From the human T2T-CHM13v2.0 reference genome, Homo sapiens: a DNA stretch of 64,000 nt. Location of the stretch: NCBI RefSeq assembly GCF_009914755.1, contig NC_060927.1; one strand, written 5' to 3'. The number at the start of each line of letters is the position of its first letter. Position 1 is the first letter of the stretch. Shown here piece after piece: positions 43,934 to 58,883 of this stretch. The translations under genes were made by a program, and so were the position numbers. The notes below the pieces were generated by a model. That model was not told the DNA's origin. It did no database searches and was given only the letters and a program-made list of their open reading frames with translations.

Positions 43934-44307
43934 TATATTTATCTACTCATGGTTCTATAACCAAAATATCACAGATGGGGCAGCTTAAACAACAGAAATT
44001 TATTTCTCACAGTTCTGGAGGCTGGAAGTTCAAAATCAAGATGGCAGAAAGGTTGATGTCTGGGAAAGGATTTTCCCTTGGGTTGTAGATGGCCACCTTC
44101 TTGCTGTGTACTCACATGGCCTTTCCTTGGTGCTTGCACACAGAGTGAGAAAGAACTAGCTGGTGTCTCTTTTGATAAGGTCACCAATACTATTGGATTA
44201 GGAGCCCGTCCTATGACCTCATTTAACCTTACTCACCTTTTTAAAGGCCCTATGTCCAAATACAGTCATGTTCTACAGTACTGGGGGTTAGAACTTCAAA
44301 TATACTA
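43934..44307 (-). mobile_element. MLT1B-like LTR split by the L1 (remainder at 50683-50716)
   Basis: GCTTAAACAACAGAAATTTATTTCTCACAGTTCTGGAGGCTGGAAGTTCAAAATCAAG...; resumes as ATTTGGGGGCAGGG...ATAACA after the L1. Confidence 0.85.
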
Positions 44308-44316
44308 GGGTGGAGC

Positions 44317-44326
44317 CAAGATGGCC
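44317..44326 (+). promoter_or_regulatory. L1 5' YY1 site
   Basis: CAAGATGGCC at the L1 5' terminus. Confidence 0.8.
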
Positions 44327-44669
44327 AAATAGGAACAGCTCCAGTCTACAGCTCCCAGTGTGAGTGACGCAGAAGACAGGTGATTTCTGCATTTCCAACT
44401 GAGGTACCAGGTTCATCTCACTGGGGAGTGCCGGACAGTTCGTGCAGGGCACCGCGCATGAGCTGAAGCAGGGCAAGGCATCGCCTCACCCGGGAAGGGC
44501 AAGGGGTCAGGGAATTCCCTTTCCTAGTCAAAGAAAGGGGTGACAGACGGCACCTGGAAAATCGGGTCACTCCCACACTAATACTGTGCTTTTCCAACGG
44601 GTGTATCAAATGGCACACCAGGAGATTATATCCCACACCTGGCTTGGAGGGTCCTACGCCCACGCAGCC

Positions 44670-44744
44670 TCACGCATTGCTAGCACAGCAGTCTGAGATC
44701 AAACTGCAAGGCAGCAGTGAGGCTGGGGGAGGGGCTCCCGCCAT
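44670..44744 (-). pseudogene. L1 ORF0, truncated
   Basis: Minus strand reads MAGAPPPASLLPCSLISDCCASNA* (stop at codon 25). The rest of the ORF0 frame appears as track ORF 44418..44663. Confidence 0.8.
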
Positions 44745-44896
44745 TGCTCAGGCTTCAGTAGGTAAACAAAGCGGCCAGGAAGCTCGAACTGGGTGGAGCC
44801 CACCACAGCTCAAGGAGGGCTGCCTGCCTCTGTAGGCTCCACCTCTGGGGGCAGAGCACAGACAAACAAAAGACAGCAATAACCTCTGCAGACTTA

Positions 44897-45131
44897 TTGG
44901 GATTTTGCAGCCACCAGATTTTACCTGCCTGTTCTCCCAAGGATGGAGGTTATATTTATCTACTTATGGTTCTATAACCAAAATATCACAGATGGGGCAG
45001 CTTAAAGAACAGAAATTTATTTCTCACAATTCTGGAGGCTGGAAGTTCAAAATCAAGATGGCAGAAAGGTTGATGTCTGGGAAAGGATTTTCCCTTGGGT
45101 TGCAGATGGCCAACAGCAAGTAAGATGGATT
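44897..45131 (+). repeat. Templated insertion in the L1 5' UTR copied from local flank
   Basis: 44897-45112 equals 43880-44095 (216 bp, 5 mismatches); 45118-45131 equals 43861-43874. Confidence 0.95.
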
Positions 45132-45544
45132 GTCTGATAGCTTTGAAGAGAGTAGTGGTTCTCCCAGCATGCAGCTGGAGATCTGAGAATGTGCAGACTG
45201 CCTCCTCAAGTGGGTCCCTGACCCCCGAGTAGCCTAACTGGGAAGCGCCCCCCAGTAGGGGCACACTGACACCTCACATGGCCAGGTACTCCTCTGAGAC
45301 AAAACTTCCAGAGGAATGATCAGGCAGCAGCATTTGCGGTTCACCAATATCCGCTGTTCTGCAGCCACCGCTGTTGATACCCAGGCAAACAGGGCTGGAG
45401 TGGACCTCCAGTAAACTCCAACAGACCTGCAGCTGAGGGTCCTGACTGTTAGAAGAAAAACTAACAAACAGAAAGGACATCCACACCAAAAACCCATCTG
45501 TATGTCACCATCATCAAAGACCAAAGGTAGATAAAACCACAAAG

Positions 45545-46560
45545 ATGAGGAAAAAACAGAGCAGAAAAACTGGAAACTCTAAAAATCTGAGCACCTCTCC
45601 TCCTCCAAAGGAACACAGCTCCTCACCAGCAACGGAACAAAGCTGGACGGAGAATGACTTTGATGAGTTGAGAGAGGAAGGCTTCAGAAGATCAAACTAC
45701 TCCGAGCTACAGGAGGAAATTTGAACCAATGGCAAAGAAGTTAAAAACTCTGAAAAAAAATTAGACAAATGGATAACTAGAATAACCAATGCAGAGAAGT
45801 CCCTAAAGGACCTGATGGAGCTGAAAACCACGGCACAAGAACTACGTGACGAATGCACAAGCCTCAGGAGCTGATGCGATCAACTGAAGAAAGGGTATCA
45901 GCGATGGAAGACGAAATGAATGAAATGAAGTGTGAAGAGAAGCTTAGAGAAAAAAGAATAAAAAGAAACGAACAAAGCCTCCAAGAAATATGGAACTATG
46001 TGAAAAGACCAAATCTACATCTGATTGGTGTACCTGAAAGTGACAAGGAGAATGGAACCAAGTGGGAAAACACTCTGCAGGATATTATCCAGGAGAACTT
46101 CCCCAATCTAGCAAGGCAGGCCAACATTCAAATTCAGGAAATACAGAGAATGCCACAAAGATACTCCTCAAGAAGAGCAACTACAAGACACATAATTGTC
46201 AGATTCACCAAAGTTGAAATGAAGGAACAAATGTTAAGGGCAGCCAGAGAGAAAGGTCAAGTTACCCACAAAGGGAAGCCCATCAGACTAACAGCGGATC
46301 TCTTGGCAGAAACTCTACAAGCCAGAAGAGAGTGGGGGTCAATATTCAACATTCTTAAAGAAAAGAATTTTCAACCCAGAATTTCATATGCAGCCAAACT
46401 AAGCTTCATAAGTGAAGGAGAAATAAAATCCTTTACAGACAAGCAAATGCTGAGAGATTTTGTCACCACCAGGCCTGCCCTAAAAGAGCTCCTGAAGGAA
46501 GCACTACACCTGGAAAGGAACAACTGGTACCAGCCACTGCAAAAACATGCCAAATTGTAA
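45545..46560 (+). pseudogene. L1 ORF1p (disrupted)
   Basis: ATG at 45545. In-frame TGA at 45722 and 45872 and a -1 frameshift near 45886. The C-terminal part is track ORF 45853..46560 (YVKRPNL, ARREW, RDFVTTRPALKELLKEAL). Confidence 0.93.
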
Positions 46561-46623
46561 AGACCATCAAGGCTAGGAAGAAACTGCATCAACTAACGAG
46601 CAAAATAACCAGCTAACATCATA

Positions 46624-50446
<3,823 letters not shown>

Positions 50447-50809
50447 ACAATGAGAACACATGGACACAGGGAGGGGAACATCACACACCGGGTACTGTTG
50501 TGGGGTGGGGGGAGGGGGGAGGGATAGCATTAGGAGATATACCTAATGCTAAATGATGAGTTAATGGGTGCAGCACACCAACATGGCACATGTATACATA
50601 TGTAACAAACCTGCACGTTGTGCACATGTACTCTAAAACTTAAAGTATAATAATAAAAAAAAAAAGAACTTCACATATACTAATTTGGGGGCAGGGTCAT
50701 AATTTAGTCAATAACAGAGGATCAGATTGCTTCCAGCTCCCCACAACTACTAAAAAGCTTAAAAAAAAAAAAAAAAAAGCAACCCTTATACATATCACCT
50801 TATGCACGG

Positions 50810-51127
50810 TATTAGTTAGCTAGGTCTGCCATAACAAAATAGCACAGAGTGGATCGTTTAAACAACAGATACTTTTTTTTTTTCCCTCACAGTTCCAGAG
50901 GCTAAAACACCAAGATGAAGATGCTAGCCAGTTTGGTTCCTGGTGAGGGATCTCTTCCTGACTTGTAAATGGCCACCTTCTAACCCTGTCCTCCTATGTC
51001 CCTTCCTCTGTGCATATATTGAGAGAGATAGAAATCCCACCAAAAGCCCTATCCCCAAATATAACCACAATGAGGGGCAGGGCTTTGAGATTTGAATTTG
51101 GAGGAGATACATATTCAGGTCATAAGA
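50810..51127 (-). mobile_element. MLT1A/B-like LTR (internally deleted)
   Basis: TATTAGTTAGCTAGGTCTGCCATAACAAAATAGCACAG...CTCACAGTTCCAGAGGCT. Confidence 0.7.
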
Positions 51128-51158
51128 TGTGCCTATTTTAAAAAATTCCTTGGAATAC

Positions 51159-51520
51159 TGTATCAGTTACAAATTGTGCTACAGGAACAAACAATTTCGT
51201 AATTTCAGTGGCTTAACACAACAAAAGTTTATTTTTCACTCATTCTGGAGATCCAAGATAGGTCTTAACTAACATAGAGAATATGCTCATTATAGCCACC
51301 CTAGGACCCAGGTTGATAGAGACTCCATCTTAACATATTGTTTCCATTATCACTGCAGCAGTAGCAAGAAAACATATCTCCATTCACATTTCATCGGCCA
51401 AAGTAAATCACATGGCCACATCTATCTTCAAAGGTGGAAGAGCAAATCAGTGCAATCTTATCATGTGCCTAGGAGGTTGAGAGACAGAAATATTTGATGA
51501 CTAGCACTAATTTCTATAAT
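51159..51520 (-). mobile_element. Old MaLR LTR (MLT1J-like)
   Basis: TGTATCAGTTA...TTTCAGTGGCTTAACACAACAAAAGTTTATTT...TCATCGGCCAAAGTAAATCACATGGCCA. Confidence 0.65.
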
Positions 51521-53640
51521 ATATGTTAAGGAGTGAAATTTCTAGATGATAGAGTGAATATGCATTTTCTTAATTGCCTTACTGATGACAGACCACACTC
51601 CGTAATGGCTGCAACAGTCTACATTCCCAGCAGTGTGCAAGAAGTCCATATTCTCACCAATGCGCAGCATTATTCAGCTTTCTAATTTGTCAGGCTAATG
51701 ATGTAAAGCAATATATCATTGTGGTTTAACTTTCATTTTCTGATTAGCAATTATTTAAAATATGACTTCATATGCTTAATTTTTGATTTCCTTTTTGTTA
51801 AACTGTTTATTCACAACCATTGCCCATTTTTCTCTTGGTTTTTCTGTCTTTTTATGATTTTCTAAGAGTTCATTTTATATTCTAGATATTAATTTCTTGG
51901 TGGTTTTAAACAACTGCAAATTATTTCTCACCTTCTGTCATTTATAAACTTTATCCAAGATATCAGTTTCTGAAAAGAAATTCTTAATTTTTGTATAATT
52001 CATATATTTTTGTGCTCCATGGTTTGTACATTTGAAGTTATGTTTAAGAATTACTACTTCCCTGTAGTTTACAATTACATTTTTATTTTCCTCCATGAAG
52101 CTTATAGATTTATTTTTCACATTTAGGTATTTAATTACCTGTGATCTCCTTTTATATATAGTGATATGTAGGGAAAAGTTTAATTTTTTCTTGATTTTGT
52201 GGGAGTTTTCCCAAGTAATATGATGTGGTTAGACCCTGTGATCCCATCCGAATCTCATCACAAATTGTAATCCCCATAATCCCTGTGTGTCGAGGAAGGG
52301 ACTGGTGGGAGGTGACTGGATCATGGGAGCAGTTCCCTCATGCTATTCTCATGAGAGTGAGAGTGAGAGCGAATTCTCGCAAGATCTGATGGTTTTATAA
52401 GGCAGTTTTTCTTGCTCTCACAAGCTCTCTCTTGCCTGCCACTATGTAAGATATTCCTGTTTCCCCTTCTGTCATGATTGCAAGCTTCCTGAGCCACCCC
52501 TGAGACAATGAATGTGAATCAATTAAACCTCCTTTGTTTATAAATTACCAAGTCTCGGGTATTTTCTTTATAGCAGTGTGAAAATGGACTCATGTAATCT
52601 ATACTTTCCTCATTGATTTGGTGGTGCCATCTTTATTGTATATTAAATTTTCATAACCATATATATCTGCCTTTTACATTTTCATTCTTTTCAATGGCCA
52701 GTTTGCCTTTTTTTCCCCCATCAATACCACACTGTTTTTAATATATATCTTAATATCCAGTCAAGAAAATCATTTCTCTTTTCTCTCTTTTTAAATTAAA
52801 ATTAATGTAGTGATGGTGGATGGTGGATATTTATTCAGCCATGTAAATTTTAAAATAAATATATTAAGTCATGAACAAAATAGAAATAAATGTTTGGTAT
52901 TGCACTGAATTTACAGGTTAATTTAAATATAATTGACATTTTTATAATATTAGGTTGTCTTAGCCAAGGGTAATAATGACCGTCTCCCCAGTGATTCCCA
53001 TTGTATTCTTGTAGCCTTATTAGATATTTAAAACATTCTCCATATAAGTATTGTTTCAAGTTCTCCATTTAAGTAATTTGTTTTTTTAATCTTGTTCATG
53101 ACAATTTTACTGAACTTTCTTACTAGATTTAATAATTTAATAATTCTTTTTTAATGTTTTAAGGCAGATAATACTTCCATAAATAATGACAATTTTATTT
53201 CTTCTATTTAAAATTTTACTACTTTCCTTTCTCTTTTTCTTTTGTTACACACTTGGCCAGGACTTCCAGGACCATGTTAAGCATTAATAGTGAGAATAAG
53301 CATACTAATCTCATTCTCAATTTTAAAGGGAATGTACTTAACGTCTTTTGCTAGGGGTAGTGTACTATAAATTTTTGGTACATGACCTCTATAAAGTGAA
53401 GAATGTTTCCTTCTAATTATAGTTTCCTAGGACTTTTTTTTAAGGTTTTAAATATGTACTAAAATCCATCAAGTGCTTTTTTTCTGAATCAAATGAAATA
53501 ACTTTTTTTTTCCTTTTGGTCTATTAATGCAGTAAATTGTTAATGTATTTTCTACCTTTTATCATCCTCATGTTCCTGGGATAAACCATACTTGGCCATT
53601 TTTTATTACATATAAGCACATTTGTGGATTCAGTTAGCTA
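51520..53640 (-). mobile_element. Old L1M ORF2/3' fragments
   Basis: Antisense L1 motifs (TCATTGTGGTTTAACTTTCATTTTCTGATT; TTGGTATTGCACTGAATTTACAGGTTAATTT; GGCCAGGACTTCCAG; CCTGGGATAAACC). Confidence 0.7.
52221..52596 (+). mobile_element. THE1D-like solo LTR
   Basis: TGATGTGGTT...GTGAATCAATTAAACCTC...TATAGCAGTGTGAAAATGGACT. Confidence 0.85.
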
Positions 53641-54800
53641 AAAGTCAAAATCCTTAAAACGGGTTACAACAGCCTACAGTACTTGCTCACTCTTCTCCCC
53701 TCTGTGCCTCACCCCATTATATCTCTGACTTATTTCCTTCAACTTCCCTCATGCACTCATGCAGGTCAAGTCATTCTGTCCTACTTGCTATTCCTCCAAA
53801 TGGCCAGACACATTCCCACATCAATGCCTTTGCACTTGCAGTTCCTTCTGCCTGGAAAGAACTTTCTTTGATATGCAAATGGGTCACTCCCTCTCCCACT
53901 TCAGATCTTCACACAATTTTTCATCTTCTCAGTGAGGCCTATCCTGGCATTCCTGCTTAAAATTCCAGCCCACTCACTCCAACATTCTCTATCCCCTTTC
54001 TTTGCTATATTTTACTGTCTTAATTTTACTTATTTTCTTTATTCTTGGTGTTCTGGCATTTCTATTGTCACTAATCAGGGAGCGACTGCCCTCCCAAAGG
54101 TAGCCAATTCTAAGGGATAGCAAAAGGCTTGTCAGGGAGTGCATCTTTCATACACAAAGTAACCATTCCAGAGCCCACAGCCCTAACCATCTCCTTTATC
54201 AAGCTCTTACGTACCTAGGCCAGTGTTTCCTCTCCCCTCAATCAACCTAGGGTCAGGTCCAAGTCAGCTAGGGACAGACTTTATGCCGCAAAGCCCACCT
54301 GCATTATACAAACTAGGCAGTCCAAAGGTGTTTGCCCTGCCCTACCTCACCTTTCCCTCTGAAACCCCAATAAAGGTTGTAGCTTATGACTTTCTCTCAT
54401 CCCTTCTGCCCACTGACTTCCCGTGGTGCCCTTCCATGTAGCCCAGCATGGTGTACTGTGTCTCCTGTTTTTAGTATCTGTGAGCAGAAACTTCTTCCTC
54501 TATGGGAATCACCTCATGTCTCTGTGTCTTAACACACCTGATTAAAACAAATCTCAAGTACAAATGTTAAGGCATTTACTTCTTATGTCTTCTCACTTCG
54601 TATGAAACATACTATACAGTTAATTTATTTATATCGTTTATTGCATGTTGTCCCTAATTAGAATACCAGTTTCATTTAGCAGGAATTTATTTTTGTCGTT
54701 TCTTTTTAACTTCTATATCTCCATTATTGAGAACATTCCCCAGTAAATTCTGGGTCCTCAATAAATATTTATGAAATGAATGAATGAAATACTAATGAAT
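53640..54800 (+). mobile_element. L2 3' end interrupted by an LTR
   Basis: GCCTTTGCACTTGCAGTTCCTTCTGCCTGGAA...CTCAATAAATATTTATGAAATGAATGAATG. Confidence 0.75.
54016..54574 (+). mobile_element. ERVL solo LTR (MER74-like)
   Basis: TG...CA termini, TSD TTTAC (54011-54015, 54575-54579); GACTGCCCTCCCAAAGGTAGCCAATTC; AATAAA. Confidence 0.75.
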
Positions 54801-56220
54801 AAAATGAATCTAATATTTTCCTTTCAAGTAAGGAAAACAAGAGGCAATTAATGTTGGCATATTGATATATTTTCTGTCAGTTTATGCCTTTTTGTTTATA
54901 GCTGACTTAGTATTTCCATCTGATAACAGTCATTTGAATGTTTGCTGAGCAGCTGCTTGCTCTGTATCAGACTTTGTGCTGGATATTGGGCAGGCAACGA
55001 TGACAAAATAAACACTATTCTTGTCTGGAGGCAGTTTTCAGCCTTCAAATTTTAAATCTCCTGTTTATTATATTATGGGCAATCCCCCATGTTTCAAAAT
55101 AAGATTTCCATGAAAATTAATTTTAATAGCTGTGCAACAAAAGATTTAAAGCAATCTTCCATGCACTACATTGGGCGGGCAGATTTGCTTTGTTTATAGA
55201 CATAAAGTTTAAATTAGTTGCCAGTAATGTAAAAGTTGATTGATTTAACATTAACTAAGCCAGATTTCCAGCTGCTGCAAGAAAATAGGGAATTATAGAA
55301 AAAGGCGCCTGTATCCTCTCAAAAAACTTATTGATATTTAGAGCTGAATGGCAGCTTCTAATGTAGATCAAATATTGGTTTGTCTGTAAGGTTTTCTTTC
55401 ATCTCCCTGTTTTACTCATTTATATTAACTGACTGGTCTCTGTTCATTTTGACTTTGTGACCTCTGTATAGAATATTCCATTATATGGATGCATCATAAT
55501 TTTCTTAGCTATTTCCCCAAGGTTAAACAATTAGGCTATTGCTAAATTTTCACTGTTATAAACAACAGATAAATCTCTATCTATATGTCAGATTCTTTCC
55601 TTAGGGTAGATTTTTCTAAAAGGGAAATTACCAAGTTAGAGGGTAGGGATATTTTACTTGCTTTTCAAAAGAGTACATAATTTTCTACTCTCAGTTATGT
55701 ATGAGGGTGCATATTTCAATGATGGCCTACTGAAGCTGCATTTTAAAATGTTTTCATCTTTACTAATTTAATAAGCAAAAATTGTATTTTAATTTAGATT
55801 TCTTTGATCACCGTTGAGATTAACCAGTCTGTATTTTATTAGCAGTTCTGTGGCACTATTTGCAAAATTACTTTTATTTCAATTTACCATATTTTTGTGT
55901 TTGATATGAGCTTTTTCTCTATTATGTTAAGTATTTCTGTGGCTTATTTACTATATATTTTTGTTATTAATTTTTAACTTTATGCCTTCTTTGATAAGTT
56001 ATTTACTTTTTAATATTCAAATCAGGATATTTTTATTTTTTAATTTTTTTCTATTGTTTTTAACTTAACTGTATCCTTTATCCTGTAGAGGTAAATTAAA
56101 TAGCCATATATACATTATACTTTTCATGACTGATTTTAAATATTTTGCTTTTTATTACTTTTGGAATTTATTTTGGTATAAAGTCAGTATCTAAATTTTG
56201 TGTTGTATTGTCAATTTTAA

Positions 56221-56576
<356 letters not shown>

Positions 56577-57316
56577 CTGAAAAATATTTATTAAATAAAC
56601 CTCTTTCATGCTGATGTATATACCTTATTAAGTGTGTATTAACTTCTTGTGTACATTAGCAACTGTATCTAAGTGGTATTATTTTGTTTCGTAAATTTTC
56701 CTCTCAATGCTTATGACATTTCATTATTAAAACTTTCTAAGATACTTTAGTGGCCATATCCTATTAAATATAAATCCTTAAGAGTTCATTTTTTAAACAG
56801 AGCCATTCTCATTTGTCTCTAATTTTTCTGGAGTAAAATTAGAATTATAATTTCAAGTTTCAAAATACCTTCTAAGTGATGTCATATAAATACATTTAAA
56901 AATAATTAACATTCTAAGAATAATATTGACACATAATTTTTGATCTTTCAAAAAATAGTACTCCCTTCACTTTTTAACATTTCTGTTAATATTTTTACAG
57001 TGTTTTTTTTTTCCATAAAAGTCTAGCACACATTTGGCTACAATTATTTTTAACTATTTTATATTTTGTTGTTATTTTGAGGTGATTATTTTCTATTACA
57101 TTTTCTACCAATTTATTTTTGGTATTTAAGGAGAATTTTTTTTTATTTTTACATGTGTTTCTGAATCTTTATTTTTTACCCCTCCATTGACTCAATAAAT
57201 GTTATATATTCAACATTATTGTCCCTAATATTTTATCTTCCAATTATAATTTTTATTTTGATTACATTATCTATTGTTTTGGTTATAATTGCCAGAACAT
57301 TAAAACTATTAATGAA

Positions 57317-57482
57317 ACCAAGTGTGGTGGCATGCACCTATAGTCCCAGCTACTTGGTAGTCTAAGGCAGGAGGATTGCTTGAGCCCAGGAATACAAACC
57401 TGTAGCTCACTATGATCACTATGATCATGGGTGACTGGCCACTGCATTCCAGCTTGGGCAACATAGCAAGATCCTGTCTCTA
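57317..57482 (+). mobile_element. FAM (fossil Alu monomer)
   Basis: Single monomer with TGTAGCTCACTATGATC...GTGACTGGCCACTGCA, the FAM-specific segment; contains a 9-bp duplication TCACTATGA. Confidence 0.75.
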
Positions 57483-57966
57483 ACTATATATATATATATA
57501 TAATATATACATATATATTATATATATAAAATATATATATTTATAGATATATAATACTGTATAATATATAATTGTTATATAATATATAATATATATTATA
57601 TGATATATAATATATAGATTTAAATATAAATATATAATATATATCTATATCTATAAAATATATAATATATATCTATAAATATATAATATATATTACATCT
57701 ATAAATATATAATATGTATTATATCTATATATAATATATATTATATCTATAAATATATAATATATATTAGATCTATAAATATATTATATATTATATTATT
57801 ATATATAATATATATTATATATTATATCTATAATATATAATTATTATATATATAATATATAATTTATAATATATAATATAATATACAATATATATTATGT
57901 ATTATAATAATATATATTACATATATAAATAATATATATATCTATAAATATATAATATATATATAA
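57483..57966. repeat. ~480-bp AT-rich micro/minisatellite
   Basis: Almost entirely A/T; (TA)n runs plus a ~26-bp unit ATCTATAAATATATAATATATATTAN at ~57670-57790. Confidence 0.95.
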
Positions 57967-58379
57967 ACAACATTTCATATCTTTGCCTTCACTGTGGTTT
58001 TATTGAAATTATCGCTAATGTTTTACATTCAGGTATGATATTGCCTATTGATGTGCCAATATCTTCATCAGGTTAATTTAATTATTTTATGATTTATTAA
58101 TTATTTTTATATGTAATTAGAGTTAAATTTAAACCACTTTTCTGGAATCTCTTGAGATAATTGAATTTTGAAAACTGTATTAGATCATGTTATTTATTAT
58201 GTTTTAAAGATAATATATTTTTGCATTTCTATAGTTCAGACTGAATTACTCGTTTGCTCTGCTATTAGACTTTATTAGTACATTTAAAGATATTTCTCAG
58301 TGACATCACATAGTTTTTTTCTTGTTTGCCTTATATGTTTAAGCTTTGGGGTTAGATTACAACTGGATTTATAACATCG

Positions 58380-58880
58380 GTCCCTTTCTCTCTGTCAGGG
58401 TTGGTCTCATTGAGAAGGTAACAGATACACAACGATTTGAAGGAACTGAGTGGGGAGCCATGCAGCTATTGGGGGAAACCAATAAAGGCAGAGTGAACAG
58501 CTAGAGCAGAGCCCTAAGTTAATGAGTTTTTGCAATATGCCAGGCTTGGTGTTATATCCAGGGGTTTAAAGAGAAATAAAATGTTAACCCTAACCTGGTT
58601 CTACCAATGAAAGTATATTGATCTGCTATAGTAAGACAACTACTATGAGAGAGAGAATCACATAGTGCTTTTGGAGGCTATAAGAGAGGATTCTAACCCA
58701 GCCTGGAGGAAGTCTGGGAAGAACTCCTGCTGGAGACATTGCTTCATATGGGTAGAGTGAGTAGGACCTACCCAGGTAAAGGAGCAAGATCTGAGTGAGA
58801 ATAAAATACATATAGGCAACTTAAATCAGTCAAGCATGATGTGAGTAAATACCACAAGAGAGTGGTAATGAGAGTCGAGA
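58380..58880 (-). mobile_element. L2 fragments (continue at ~61201-61660)
   Basis: Purine-rich L2 antisense motifs on both sides of the THE1 element. Confidence 0.55.
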
Positions 58881-58883
58881 TGG

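Noticed and set aside
44897-45112. Independent MLT1B insertion into the L1
   Set aside because: MLT1B long predates L1PA3/4. The insert includes non-LTR flank, is about 98% identical to the local copy, and has no TSD.
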